Assembly (NCBI GenBank): GCA_965197745.1
Contig: CBDANS010000006.1
Span: forward strand, 192,001-256,000
Reading direction: 5' to 3'
DNA length: 64,000 nucleotides
DNA from: Opitutales bacterium
GTDB taxonomy: Bacteria; Verrucomicrobiota; Verrucomicrobiia; Opitutales; PNEW01
Of this stretch, positions 10,330-20,542 are shown piece after piece. A program made the translations under genes and the position numbers. The notes below the pieces were generated by a model. That model saw nothing but the letters and a program-made list of their open reading frames with translations, did no database searches and was not told where the DNA came from. Position 1 is the stretch's first letter; the number at the start of each line of letters is the position of its first letter.

Positions 10330-11147
10330 CACGCAGAGCGGGTCGTTACCCAATTCAGAGCTTCAACTTGCGGGGCACGACCTATCATGCCATACCAGCG
10401 GCTTACCAGTGGTAGAATCAAGGACGCAATCGTGTAATCTGGGCGGATTATTCAGGTCGGCGCAAGCTTGATTCAGTTGCTTCTGAGTTAGCCCTTTAAC
10501 TGGCGATTTGTTTCCATTGCCAGGATAACACAGCTTCGCACCGGATAGATTCGATTTAAAAGATTTGCCCCAGAAAGGTCTGCGTTCTTTAGAAACGCTT
10601 CGGATAAATTTGCCATCACAAGTTCTGAATCACACAGCTTCGCGTTAGCAAGGTTTGCACCCTCTAGAAACGCACCAGACAGATTCACCCCCACAAGGCC
10701 CGAACAGTAAAATTTTGCGCTCTGGCATTGTGCGTTAGACAAGTTGGAGCCCCAAAGATCTGTGTGTGAAAGACTCGCCTCCCTGAAGTTCGCACTGGAC
10801 AGATCTGCGTCCTTGAGCATCAACCCATGTAAATTAGCAGAGCTAAAATCCAAGTTAAACCTCTCTTTATTTTCGAGATCAATACCTTCTTTACTGCGAT
10901 CTCCGATAGCTTCCATAATTGCCTGAATATCTTTACCGAGGAGGAGGTCGGTAGCCTCTCTGGATATGGGTGGATTGCATACAAAGGCACAGAACTGACG
11001 CATGATCTGAATGTGATATTGCTCGAGATATTCCCTGGCTAGGTATTGCAACACGTAAATGCCGTTTAAACGCTCCAAGAGAACAGGGCTGAGCATTAAT
11101 TTTGTACCCTCCTGAGGTGTGTCTATCGAGGTCTCGCTACCGCCCAT
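10330..11147 (-). pseudogene. Pentapeptide-repeat protein fragment (frameshifted near the C-terminus)
   Basis: A(N/D)LSxA repeats preceded by RLNGIYVLQYLA..YHIQIMRQFCAFV. The tail GLTQKQLNQACAD..GKPLVW is in another frame. Confidence 0.7.
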
Positions 11148-11609
11148 TTATGCAATCTCGTCGGGCTTGGCTATATCAGTCGAGCTACCTCGTCTCAAGT
11201 ATACTGTATTCTTTTCGAGTTTACCAAATTTGGTAGTGAGGTAAACGGGGCGCTTCTGGACCGCTATCGAAATGACTCCAATTTTGTCGCCGTTAATTAA
11301 GTGGGTATGGTATGAGAACTTAATTGACCGCTGAATTTTAGAGTTAACAAATTGCTGGAGCTGTGAGTCGTCCAGATCTTTTGAGATACCAACAACCTTA
11401 CTCCGCCCGCCTTTTCTCTCCTCCACACCGATCAGAACGTACGCAGTTTTATCGCGCTAGGCATTAGTGAAAGCGAGGATATCCTTGAGTAACTCACTTC
11501 TGGCATTCTTATCCGCTCCTTCGAACGGATACCGAGAACTCTTAAAGTCAAGGGTAATCCCTTCATCCTCATGGAGTAGCTGCTCAATGAAATTAGGATC
11601 TAAGGGCAT
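11148..11609 (-). pseudogene. AlbA_2 (Schlafen-like) domain protein pseudogene
   Basis: ATG 11609: FIEQLLHEDEGITLDFKS..ELLKDILAFTNA*RDKTAYVLIGVEE..VYLRRGSST. Internal TAG at 11457-11459. Confidence 0.78.
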
Positions 11610-12063
11610 CAGTTAAATTCTATATGATTTATGAACTGGCTTATAGGTCTTTCCATCTTCCCTGTCAAGGTGATCGGGTTAGGCAAACTGGTCCACCGGG
11701 AGAGTTAGTCTGGAGAAGTTAATGTTGAAGTTAAGTTGGTAGAGGAAGTCAAGGGTTGGGCGCAATGAGGGCGTAGCCCGAATGGAGCCCGAGCCTTCGG
11801 TCTTGAGGTTTTCAGCGAAGCGCTGTGGGGTGATGTTGCCGAGACTGCGGTGGGGGCGGACATTATTGTAAAGCCAGCGCCAATCCTCGATCACTACACG
11901 TGCTTCGGTTAAAGTCCATAGCTGTTCACGGTTTAAGTACTCCTCACGGAAACGGGCATGGAACGACTCGATGAAACCGTTTTGCCAGGGACTGCCCGGA
12001 TCGATATATATCGCCTTGATCTTTTTGTCGGACAACGACTGCTGCACTTGATGAGCAATGAAT

Positions 12064-12095
12064 GGCTTCGCATGTCGTCGCTTCGCTCCTCGGAA
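12064..12095 (-). other. 32-nt hairpin insertion in IS3 orfB (site 2)
   Basis: Identical to 3784-3815 although the flanking codons differ. Confidence 0.9.
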
Positions 12096-12223
12096 CACTG
12101 CCGTTGTCACTACGGATATAGCTGGGAGCTCCCTCCTTTTCAATGGCCTCGCTAAGCACAGAGAGGACATCCGATGAGGGGAGTTCACGAGCGACCCGGA
12201 TATCCAGACATTCACGCGTATAT

Positions 12224-12266
12224 GTCTTCGCTTCGCTTGAGTGTCGTCGCTTTCAGCTCCTCGGTA
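12224..12266 (-). other. 43-nt hairpin insertion in IS3 orfB (site 1)
   Basis: TACCGAGGAGCTGAAAGCGACGACACTCAAGCGAAGCGAAGAC lies between the G and A of the expected Glu codon in TLID-E-YTREC. Confidence 0.9.
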
Positions 12267-13102
12267 CATCGATCAGAGTCATCATCTTTAATGGACCGCC
12301 ATGGTCTGTGCGATCATGGACAAAGTCCCAGGACCAAAGGTGATTGCGACCGGTTGCTTTAGTAGGCGACCCCGTAGAGACCCCTTGACGGTGTCTACGC
12401 TTTTTAGGTGGCTTTACCTGCAACCCTTCTGAACGTCGTACCGCCTGAACAAACTTCCTGTTTGTTGTCCAGCCTTCCTTTACGAGCAAGGCACGGATGC
12501 GCCGGTAACCGTAGCAGGGATGTTCCCAGGACAGGGTTATAATCCGCTCGGCCAACCGCTGAGCTTTCTTACTGGCCTGCTTGGGCTGGTAGCTGAAAGT
12601 TGACCAACTGAGGCTGAGGTAGGAACAAGCCCTTCGCAACGAGCACAGCCCTCTCTCAGCCGCATCTTTTACTACTCGCTTCTTCTGCTTGGGGCTCACC
12701 ACTTTTTTGACAGCGTTTCCTCCATTACCTGATTCTTAAGCATTTGATCAGCGAGCATCTTCTTCAACTCGGTGTTTTCTTTTTCCAGCTCTTTAAATCG
12801 CTTCGCATCGGCTAGTTCCAAATTGCCATACTTTTTACCCCAGCGATAGAAGGTCTGTTCACTCACGTTGTTGCCTCGGCAGATTTCCTCTACCGTTTTT
12901 CCGGTATCGGCTTGCCGCAGTATTGCGATGATCTGTTCTGTTGTGTATCTTTTTCTTTTCATGAGGTTATCTGTTTATCCCGATAACCTCTCTCTGTTAA
13001 TGATACCATTTTTGGGGGTCACTCCACCGGTATAAAAAATAAGGTGATAAAAATTATTAATGAGGGAAACAAAGATTGGCCTGCGAACATCGAATCTCTG
13101 CA

Positions 13103-13780
13103 TTAACTATTCTCACGCGCCATCACGGCGCGGGCATTTTCACTGGCATGCAGCGAGCGAACGGCCCCCGCCCGGAGCAAGGCAATATCATGCTCCGCGA
13201 GTTGGAATTCAATTCCATCCACGGTAAGGTCAATCGTTCCCTCCAACACATTCCAGTGTTCGTTCAGATTCAGCCTGGCTTCATCGAACTTTTCCCCATC
13301 GGCAAAATTAACAGCCCGCAATTCACTCAGTGGACAGCGTGATCCCGGATCGGCTATGGGCCCGTGGTTTTTTTCGCCGTTAACGACGAATCCGTCCACG
13401 GTCGGCTCCGGCGTACCGTCCTCTGAGACGAGAATATGGATGGGTCTTTTCTTGCGTTCCATGGGAGTGACAATGGCGGTGTTTTCCCCGTGGGAAAACA
13501 TCTGAAAGCGATGAATGACACCCATCGGGGTATAGACCATGGTATTCGGTGTAATATCATAGCGCTGGTCGTTCAGCCAGACCTCACCATGCCCCTTGCT
13601 GAAGAGCCAGATTTCGTCACAGTCGTGGTAATGCGGCTCGACGCCGAGCCCCGAGAACATATCGGGAAATGCTCTGAAACAATTAATCGCGGACCAGTCA
13701 GGAAATTCACCCAGTTCCCAATATATGAGGTCATTCGAATTCTTAGAAATGGTCGTATAATTTTTGCCCGTGATTTTCAT
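13103..13780 (-). CDS. Cupin-domain protein (probably two cupin repeats)
   Basis: PHYHDCDEIWLFSKGHG..PMGVIHRF metal-binding cupin motif; second repeat EHWNVLEGTI..LLRAGAVRSL. Confidence 0.75.
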   Translation of the reverse strand: MKITGKNYTTISKNSNDLIYWELGEFPDWSAINCFRAFPDMFSGLGVEPHYHDCDEIWLFSKGHGEVWLNDQRYDITPNTMVYTPMGVIHRFQMFSHGENTAIVTPMERKKRPIHILVSEDGTPEPTVDGFVVNGEKNHGPIADPGSRCPLSELRAVNFADGEKFDEARLNLNEHWNVLEGTIDLTVDGIEFQLAEHDIALLRAGAVRSLHASENARAVMARENS

Positions 13781-13998
13781 CCTTTAACCTCCCGTTGGAT
13801 ACGCATTTAATTCCGCATGCACGCAGCTTGAATAGGATCGGACCATATTTCAGATAACGGCATAGGGATTGTTTATTTAAGTTGATTTTATTGTTTTTAT
13901 AAATGTAGACACTGTTTGTCGAAATTCGATTTACAATTTCCCATTGCGCACAGCTAATCGCAACCTGATCATCAACTTTAAACTGGAGCCCCTGTATA

Positions 13999-14931
13999 AT
14001 GCTGACCCTTGATAATTTAAAAGGAATATTTGCCGCCATCCCCATTGCAGCACGACCCGACGGAAGCTATATTGAAGAAGATTACCGTGCGGATATTCGC
14101 ACGGTTTGCGAGACTGGCACCCACGGCGCTTATACGACGGGAACTACGGGGGAATGGTACGCCATGGACGATAAAGAGTTTGCCTGGATGGTTGAGGTAT
14201 TTCTCGAGGAAACAAGCGGTCATCCCACCTTAACCCAGATAGGCTGTGGCGGTCTGAGCACAAAAGCCACCCTCGATCGAATCAGAATCGCGATAAAAGG
14301 ACCGCACCAGCCCGATGGATTGCAAATTCTCCTGCCCCCCTGGCAGCCGTTAACCAATGCCGAAGTTCTTGATTATTTTAAAGCGGTGGCTGATGCCGCC
14401 GAGGGAATTCCTATAATCCACTACAATACCATCAGGAGCAAACGCCTGTTATTGGAAAAGGAATATGAAGAAATTCTCTCGTCCGTTCCCACCCTGATTG
14501 GTTCGAAATCAGCCGTTTCTTCATACCCTGATATCGTAAATCTGCTCCGCGCCGGTCTTCCCATGAATCATTTTGTTGGTGGAGAATACAACCTCGTGCC
14601 GATGACGATCCTGGGCAGCAAGGGTGTTTACAGCGACTTCATCAGTTACTGGCCCCGGGCCTGTCTTAAGCTGTATGAATTATGCCAGGAGAGGCAATGG
14701 GAAGAGGCCATTGCCCTTCAGGAGAATTTTATCGCCTTTAACCTCGAAGGGCAAAAACCGTTGGAAACCCGCGGGTACACCGACTCCGGATGGGATAAGG
14801 GAAAGACCGAAGCCGCCGGATTTTTAAGATGCAAACGCTTTATCCGACCGCCGCATCATGCGATGAAAGAAGAAGACATCAAGCATTTGAGAAAAATCGG
14901 GCAGAAGTATTTCCAGGACTGGATCGGATAG
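13999..14931 (+). CDS. Dihydrodipicolinate synthase/aldolase (DapA-like) family protein
   Basis: GTTGEW motif, IIHYN Tyr and IGSKS Schiff-base Lys. Confidence 0.8.
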   Translation: MLTLDNLKGIFAAIPIAARPDGSYIEEDYRADIRTVCETGTHGAYTTGTTGEWYAMDDKEFAWMVEVFLEETSGHPTLTQIGCGGLSTKATLDRIRIAIKGPHQPDGLQILLPPWQPLTNAEVLDYFKAVADAAEGIPIIHYNTIRSKRLLLEKEYEEILSSVPTLIGSKSAVSSYPDIVNLLRAGLPMNHFVGGEYNLVPMTILGSKGVYSDFISYWPRACLKLYELCQERQWEEAIALQENFIAFNLEGQKPLETRGYTDSGWDKGKTEAAGFLRCKRFIRPPHHAMKEEDIKHLRKIGQKYFQDWIG

Positions 14932-14959
14932 GGAGTAAATGATTTCAAAAATCTCGCCG

Positions 14960-16309
14960 TCACGATGAGGCAAATTTTTCCTGGGGATTATCTATTTTAA
15001 AAGATAACAATAATAGTATGAGGGAAAAGCTCATACAAAATAACGCCGCCGCGCCATAGCTGCTGGTGTATTTATTAGAGAGACTGAAGACGATGGTTCC
15101 AAGCGCGGCTATAACGATGCTTAAAGAGTAAGCCAGGCTGCTGATAGTGCCCAGATGACGCAGCCCGAAATATCGAGGCCACATCACGCTGAAGAGCGCT
15201 ATAAAAAATCCTCCCACGGTGCCCTGGCAGAAGATAAACATAATCAAGCCAAGCGATGATGGTGTTAGAAGCAATCCCGTCATGGCAAGGATTTGCATCG
15301 CGGCAAAAGCAATCTGCAGGTACTTCAATTTTACCCGATCACTGAGCCAACTCAGGAAAAATCCGCTTGATACATTAAAAACAGCAATAGGTATAAAAAG
15401 CCCAAGCGATTGATTTCTCCCCAGACCCATTTCAGCGCCAATGGAAACAAGGTTAAAGGAAATCCCGGAAAACATGAAAGAAGTCATCGTAAAAGTCAGG
15501 GCATGAACCCAAAAAGCCAATGTCTTAACGGCTTCCTTCAAAGAAAACTCATGATGGGTAATAAATTTACTATCTAATGCAGTCTTGGAAGGATTTGGCT
15601 CCACCGGCGCGTTATCCATCCGCAACCCACATTCTTCGGGATTATCACGGTAAAAGAACCAGGCAATTGAAGTAAAGCCAAGGCAAATGAAGAACCCTGT
15701 AATGAACCATGTAGACTGCCAACCTATTAGTCCGATACAATAATTAAAGAACATCGGTGAACCGGCAAAAAAGGCAGCAGTGGTAGACCCGCTGATACCC
15801 ATCACTAACCCGCGCTTCTTATTGAACCACTTTGAAATCATGACGCGGGAAATAGTCTGCATGACACCGTGACTGAATATCCGCAATCCGACAAACCCGG
15901 TGATGATGACACAAAAAGCCATGGCCGAGGAGGTGGATAGATCAAATGCCAGCACAAGCATAGTTGTTATCCATTCACTCGCAGAAAGAAAAATAAGATG
16001 CGTTCCAATGGCGATGGAGCAAATGATACCGATGAGGCGAGCCCCGTATTTATCGAGCAGATAACCCATCCAGGGCAGGACAAAGGCTACGGGAATCGTC
16101 CCTATAAAATAGGCGCTGCTTAATTGTACACGCGACACTCCCAATGATTTTATAAGGGGGTCTATAAAAGCGCTGAATCCCATGGGATGGCCAGGGATCG
16201 ACATCAGGGCACCTACCGTTCCAATGACAAGGATTATCCATCCGTAATAGATAAAGCACCGGGCAGGATTTATAGGAAAGTCAGGCTGCAGAATACGGGG
16301 TGATGTCAT
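14960..16309 (-). CDS. MFS transporter
   Basis: About 12 hydrophobic segments; GYLLDKYGAR motif A, WLSDRVKLK, PRYFGLRHLGTI. Confidence 0.88.
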   Translation of the reverse strand: MTSPRILQPDFPINPARCFIYYGWIILVIGTVGALMSIPGHPMGFSAFIDPLIKSLGVSRVQLSSAYFIGTIPVAFVLPWMGYLLDKYGARLIGIICSIAIGTHLIFLSASEWITTMLVLAFDLSTSSAMAFCVIITGFVGLRIFSHGVMQTISRVMISKWFNKKRGLVMGISGSTTAAFFAGSPMFFNYCIGLIGWQSTWFITGFFICLGFTSIAWFFYRDNPEECGLRMDNAPVEPNPSKTALDSKFITHHEFSLKEAVKTLAFWVHALTFTMTSFMFSGISFNLVSIGAEMGLGRNQSLGLFIPIAVFNVSSGFFLSWLSDRVKLKYLQIAFAAMQILAMTGLLLTPSSLGLIMFIFCQGTVGGFFIALFSVMWPRYFGLRHLGTISSLAYSLSIVIAALGTIVFSLSNKYTSSYGAAALFCMSFSLILLLLSFKIDNPQEKFASS

Positions 16310-16390
16310 TAAATTAAAAAATTAATACTTATACCCAAGGGAATAGTCGACGCGGTAAAGAGTAAATAGCGATCACCCTGCCCGGTCGAA

Positions 16391-17224
16391 CTAAGTAGCA
16401 ATCGCTCCACTCCTCTCCCCATCAGCAATTTTGCCCTCGACGCGTTTAGATACGAGCAAGGCCATCTCATAGAGGAAACTCATTGGAACTGCCAGGAGGA
16501 GAAAAGTAAAAGGATCCGTGGTCGGTGTTATGACCGCGGCAAGACCTAGGAACGCGATAATACTGTAGGGGCGGAATGATCGCAGTTTCTCGACATTAAG
16601 AATCCCAATATAAACAAGGAGGATAACAATAAGCGGAAATTCAAAACTGATTCCGATTCCCAAAACCATCCACATGAGCAATCCATAATAACGATCGGCG
16701 GTCCAGAGAACCTCAAACCCAAACAAATGGTTAAAGAATATGGATGCTTTTAATGAAGCCGGCACGAGGGCAAAGAAACTGAATAGCGCGCCGATTAAAA
16801 ATAAAGAGAAAGCCAGAATACAGCCCGGTTTGAGAACTTTAAGTTCCTTTTCCGTTAAACCGGGCGCGACAAAGCTGGTGATAAAATATAAGATGAAAGG
16901 TAGTGCCAGGGCAAATCCACCGAGAAAAGATACTTGTAAGATGACTGAAAAAACAGCCATGGGAGATGTGGTAATTAACCCCTCTTCCGCATGTTGCCCG
17001 AGCGCCATTCGCAGTGGCCAATTGAGCAAACCCGCGAAGTACTTGAGAAAGCCCATGACCAGCATGCAGGAGACAATGAGCGTAACAATACAGCGAATAA
17101 GCGTGCCCCGTAAGTCTTCGAGGTGTTCTAAAAAACTCATTTCGCCCTTTTCAGGCTTCGAATTTTCCCCATCTATAGGGCTATTGTCTTCCATCGAAGG
17201 CCCCTCTGGTTTATCGTCCGGCAT
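16391..17224 (-). CDS. tatC: Twin-arginine translocase subunit TatC
   Basis: MSFLEHLEDLR, FVAPGLTEKE, FEFP, AAVITPTTDP, LYE. Confidence 0.95.
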   Translation of the reverse strand: MPDDKPEGPSMEDNSPIDGENSKPEKGEMSFLEHLEDLRGTLIRCIVTLIVSCMLVMGFLKYFAGLLNWPLRMALGQHAEEGLITTSPMAVFSVILQVSFLGGFALALPFILYFITSFVAPGLTEKELKVLKPGCILAFSLFLIGALFSFFALVPASLKASIFFNHLFGFEVLWTADRYYGLLMWMVLGIGISFEFPLIVILLVYIGILNVEKLRSFRPYSIIAFLGLAAVITPTTDPFTFLLLAVPMSFLYEMALLVSKRVEGKIADGERSGAIAT

Positions 17225-17463
17225 GGAGTAATTTTATAGGTTTAAAAAGGTCGAATATAATTGGTTACGGTTTTAAGAAAAGGTTAATCGCTAACTCTAC
17301 GCGCTTGCTCACAGCTATTCGCTGAATATTATTACTCCATTTAATAATTTGTTCCATTGACACAATTGGTGAAATAATCTTTTTACCTTTCTTCACGTTG
17401 ATTACGCCGCAATAAGTCTAAATACTTAAAATAACGAAATTAAATTTAAATTAATCCAAGAGG

Positions 17464-20220
17464 ATGCCTACAAAAACCAGTCGAAAAAAAATGACAAAAC
17501 CCAGTCCGGCTGTTTCACGAAAAAAGAAAGTGAAGTACATTTATAATTTTGGCAAAAAAACGGATGGCAACGTAAAGTTAAAAAACCTGCTTGGCGGGAA
17601 GGGAGCCAATCTTGCCGAAATGGCGCGCATCGGGCTGCCTGTGCCCCCGGGGTTTACGATTACGACAGAAGTCTGCACCTATTTTTATAAGAACAGAAGA
17701 AACTACCCTCCTTCTTTAGTCACAGACACGAAAGCGGCGGTCGTCTCAGTTGAAAAGCAGATGGGCAAAATATTCGGGGACCCGAACGACCCCCTCCTGT
17801 TCTCCGTTCGTTCAGGCGCCCGCGAATCCATGCCGGGAATGATGGACACCATCCTTAATCTTGGACTCAATGATAGGACGGTTGTCGGCCTGACAAATTT
17901 AACCGGTAATCCGCGATTCGCCTATGATTGTTATCGGCGCTTTATCCAGATGTATGGCGATGTCGTGATGGGAGTACAACCGCGCAATGAAAAAGAGCCG
18001 GAGCCTTTCGATGCGATCATGGAAAAACTTAAGGAAAAAAAGTCGATTGTCGATGACACCGATTTAACCGCCGATGACCTGAAAGAATTGATCAGGCTTT
18101 TTCAAAAACTGATCAAGGAGCGAACCGGTAAAAGCTTCCCCCAGGATGTTTACGCCCAACTCTGGGGCTCGATCGGAGCGGTATTTGGTTCCTGGCAAAA
18201 TGACCGCGCTATGGTCTACCGGCAGAAATACAATATCCCTGTTGAGTGGGGAACAGCGGTCAATGTGCAGACCATGGTCTTCGGTAATATGGGCGACACT
18301 TCAGCAACCGGGGTCGCATTCACGCGCGACCCGGCCAACGGAGAAAAAGTATTTTACGGAGAGTATCTCATCAATGCGCAAGGGGAAGATGTAGTCGCCG
18401 GCATACGCACCCCTAAGCCGATCGCTCAACTTAAAAAAGAGATGCCAAAGGCCCATGCTGAACTTGAAACAGTGCGCAGGACTCTGGAAAAACATTTCAA
18501 GGACATGCAGGACTTTGAGTTCACGGTGGAGGAAGGAAAACTCTACATGTTACAAACGCGTAACGGTAAACGCACCGGTCTCGCCGCTGTCCGCATCGCC
18601 GTAGAAATGGTCGTAGAAGGACTCATGAAAAAACAGACGGCACTTAATAAAATCCCCGCTGATTCCATCTCCAGTCTGCTCGTTCCGGTATTCGACGCGC
18701 AGAGTCGTAAAAGCGCCAAGATCATCGCCACCGGTCTTCCCGCCGGTCCCGGCGCGGCATCGGGGAGGGTGGTATTTACGGCCAGCACGGCTGAGAGATT
18801 AGAGCGGCAGGGGGTCAAAGTAGTCCTCTGCCGAGTGGAGACGACACCTGAAGATCTTCGCGGGATGATCGCGTCGGAAGGTATTTTAACTTCACGCGGA
18901 GGAGTCAGTTCCCACGCCGCGCTCGTCGCCCGTCAGATGGGAAAAGTATGCGTATGCGGCGCCCACGAAATAGTTATCGATTATGAAAAGCGAACGCTTA
19001 CGGCAGGGAAGACGGTGCTCAATGACGGTGATGCCATATCAGTTGACGGCACTACGGGGGAAGTATTCTCCGGACATGTAGACACCGCTCCATCGGAGGT
19101 AAATCAGGTTCTTGCGGGTAAACTTAAACCGAAAAAAAGCTACACCTTCAAATTATTTGCGCAGGTAATGGAGTGGGCCGACCATCATAGAAAGTTAAAG
19201 GTTAGAACCAACGCCGACACTCCCGCCCAGGCAAAAATGGCCGTCGCTCTTGGCGCCCAGGGCATCGGATTGTGCCGGACGGAACACATGTTTTTCGAGG
19301 GGGATCGCATTACTTTCATGAGACAAATGATACTGGCCAGCAACGAAGAAGAGCGCCGCGCCGCATTGAAAAAGCTGCTCCCCTTCCAGCGAAACGATTT
19401 CGTCGGGTTATTTAAAGCCATGGAGGGCCGCCCGGTTACGATTCGACTGCTTGATCCCCCGCTGAATGAATTCCTTCCGATGGACACAGCTTCCCGCAGT
19501 GCCCTTGCCGAAGAACTTAATGTTTCTACCGAAGTGATCGCCGATCGTGTTAAAAGCCTGCACGAACAGAATCCCATGCTCGGGCACCGTGGTTGCCGTT
19601 TAGGGGTCTCTTACCCGGAGATCACCGAAATGCAGGCGAGGGCAATATTTGAAGCGGCCGCGCAATTAGTGAATGGAAAGAAGCCCGTGCCGGTAGAACC
19701 TGAAATTATGGTTCCCCTGATAGGTTTCACCGGTGAATTGAAAAACCAGGTAGACATCATTCACCGTATTGCCGATGAGGTGATGAAAAAGAAAAAGGTA
19801 AAGTTGCATTACCTGGTCGGAACAATGATTGAAATTCCGAGAGCCGCATTGATGGCCGAGCAGATAGCAGAGATGGCGGAATTTTTCAGTTATGGGACCA
19901 ATGATCTGACGCAGACAACACTTGGCATGAGTCGAGACGATTCCGGAAGTTTTCTTCCCGAATATAAAGATCTGGAAATTCTTGCACAGAACCCATTTGC
20001 CACTATTGACCAGGAGGGCGTTGGACAACTCGTCGAAATTGCTTCGGTAAATGGCCGGAAATCACGTAAAAATATTAAACTGGGAATCTGTGGTGAACAT
20101 GGCGGCGATCCCGATTCCGTAAAATTTTTCCATCGTGTCGGGCTCGATTATGTAAGCTGTTCACCTCCTCGCGTGCCTGTAGCGCGACTGGCTGCAGCCC
20201 AGGCAGCATTGGGTGATTAG
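17464..20220 (+). CDS. ppdK: Pyruvate, phosphate dikinase
   Basis: [61 protein letters not shown]. Confidence 0.97.
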   Translation: MPTKTSRKKMTKPSPAVSRKKKVKYIYNFGKKTDGNVKLKNLLGGKGANLAEMARIGLPVPPGFTITTEVCTYFYKNRRNYPPSLVTDTKAAVVSVEKQMGKIFGDPNDPLLFSVRSGARESMPGMMDTILNLGLNDRTVVGLTNLTGNPRFAYDCYRRFIQMYGDVVMGVQPRNEKEPEPFDAIMEKLKEKKSIVDDTDLTADDLKELIRLFQKLIKERTGKSFPQDVYAQLWGSIGAVFGSWQNDRAMVYRQKYNIPVEWGTAVNVQTMVFGNMGDTSATGVAFTRDPANGEKVFYGEYLINAQGEDVVAGIRTPKPIAQLKKEMPKAHAELETVRRTLEKHFKDMQDFEFTVEEGKLYMLQTRNGKRTGLAAVRIAVEMVVEGLMKKQTALNKIPADSISSLLVPVFDAQSRKSAKIIATGLPAGPGAASGRVVFTASTAERLERQGVKVVLCRVETTPEDLRGMIASEGILTSRGGVSSHAALVARQMGKVCVCGAHEIVIDYEKRTLTAGKTVLNDGDAISVDGTTGEVFSGHVDTAPSEVNQVLAGKLKPKKSYTFKLFAQVMEWADHHRKLKVRTNADTPAQAKMAVALGAQGIGLCRTEHMFFEGDRITFMRQMILASNEEERRAALKKLLPFQRNDFVGLFKAMEGRPVTIRLLDPPLNEFLPMDTASRSALAEELNVSTEVIADRVKSLHEQNPMLGHRGCRLGVSYPEITEMQARAIFEAAAQLVNGKKPVPVEPEIMVPLIGFTGELKNQVDIIHRIADEVMKKKKVKLHYLVGTMIEIPRAALMAEQIAEMAEFFSYGTNDLTQTTLGMSRDDSGSFLPEYKDLEILAQNPFATIDQEGVGQLVEIASVNGRKSRKNIKLGICGEHGGDPDSVKFFHRVGLDYVSCSPPRVPVARLAAAQAALGD

Positions 20221-20297
20221 CCGGGAAGATTTACACAACGGCTTTGTCTCTATCTCCATAAAGCGGCATAAAACAGATTTTTCTCTTTCTTAAAATC

Positions 20298-20325
20298 AGG
20301 GGTTACGATTGCAAAGCCCCTTTTT
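20298..20325 (+). terminator. Probable intrinsic terminator after ppdK
   Basis: AGGGGTT..AGCCCCT stem followed by a T run. Confidence 0.55.
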
Positions 20326-20343
20326 CCAGAAAAGAGTAAAACC

Positions 20344-20460
20344 ATGAAAACATTCAAAGGCAGTCTATTCTTCGTAATCAGTTTATTGCTGTTTAATCCC
20401 GCAGGTTATGCAGGCGCCGTGGCTATAACGGGAGATACCAGTCCCCCTCGAATTGACTAA
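20344..20460 (+). CDS. Possible 38-aa small protein resembling a signal peptide
   Basis: MKTFKGSLFFVISLLLFNPAGYAGAVAITGDTSPPRID*, with purine-rich sequence upstream. Confidence 0.3.
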   Translation: MKTFKGSLFFVISLLLFNPAGYAGAVAITGDTSPPRID

Positions 20461-20542
20461 AAGTCATATTTCATATATTATACTTCTCAAAATTTGCGAA
20501 ATGATCGTACCCTTATTGTGAGACGAAACACGGGACCGTTGT

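Larger units (their letters stand above)
11671..13026 (-). mobile_element. IS3-family insertion sequence, copy 3 (orfA 12696-12962; orfB 11679-12702 interrupted only by two insertions)
   Basis: Ends TGGAGTGACCCCCAAAAATGGTATCA / TGATCGGGTTAGGCAAACTGGTCCAC. Intact orfA, AAAAAAG -1 frameshift motif, DDE motifs WSWDF, RSDNG, NGFIES. Confidence 0.93.
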
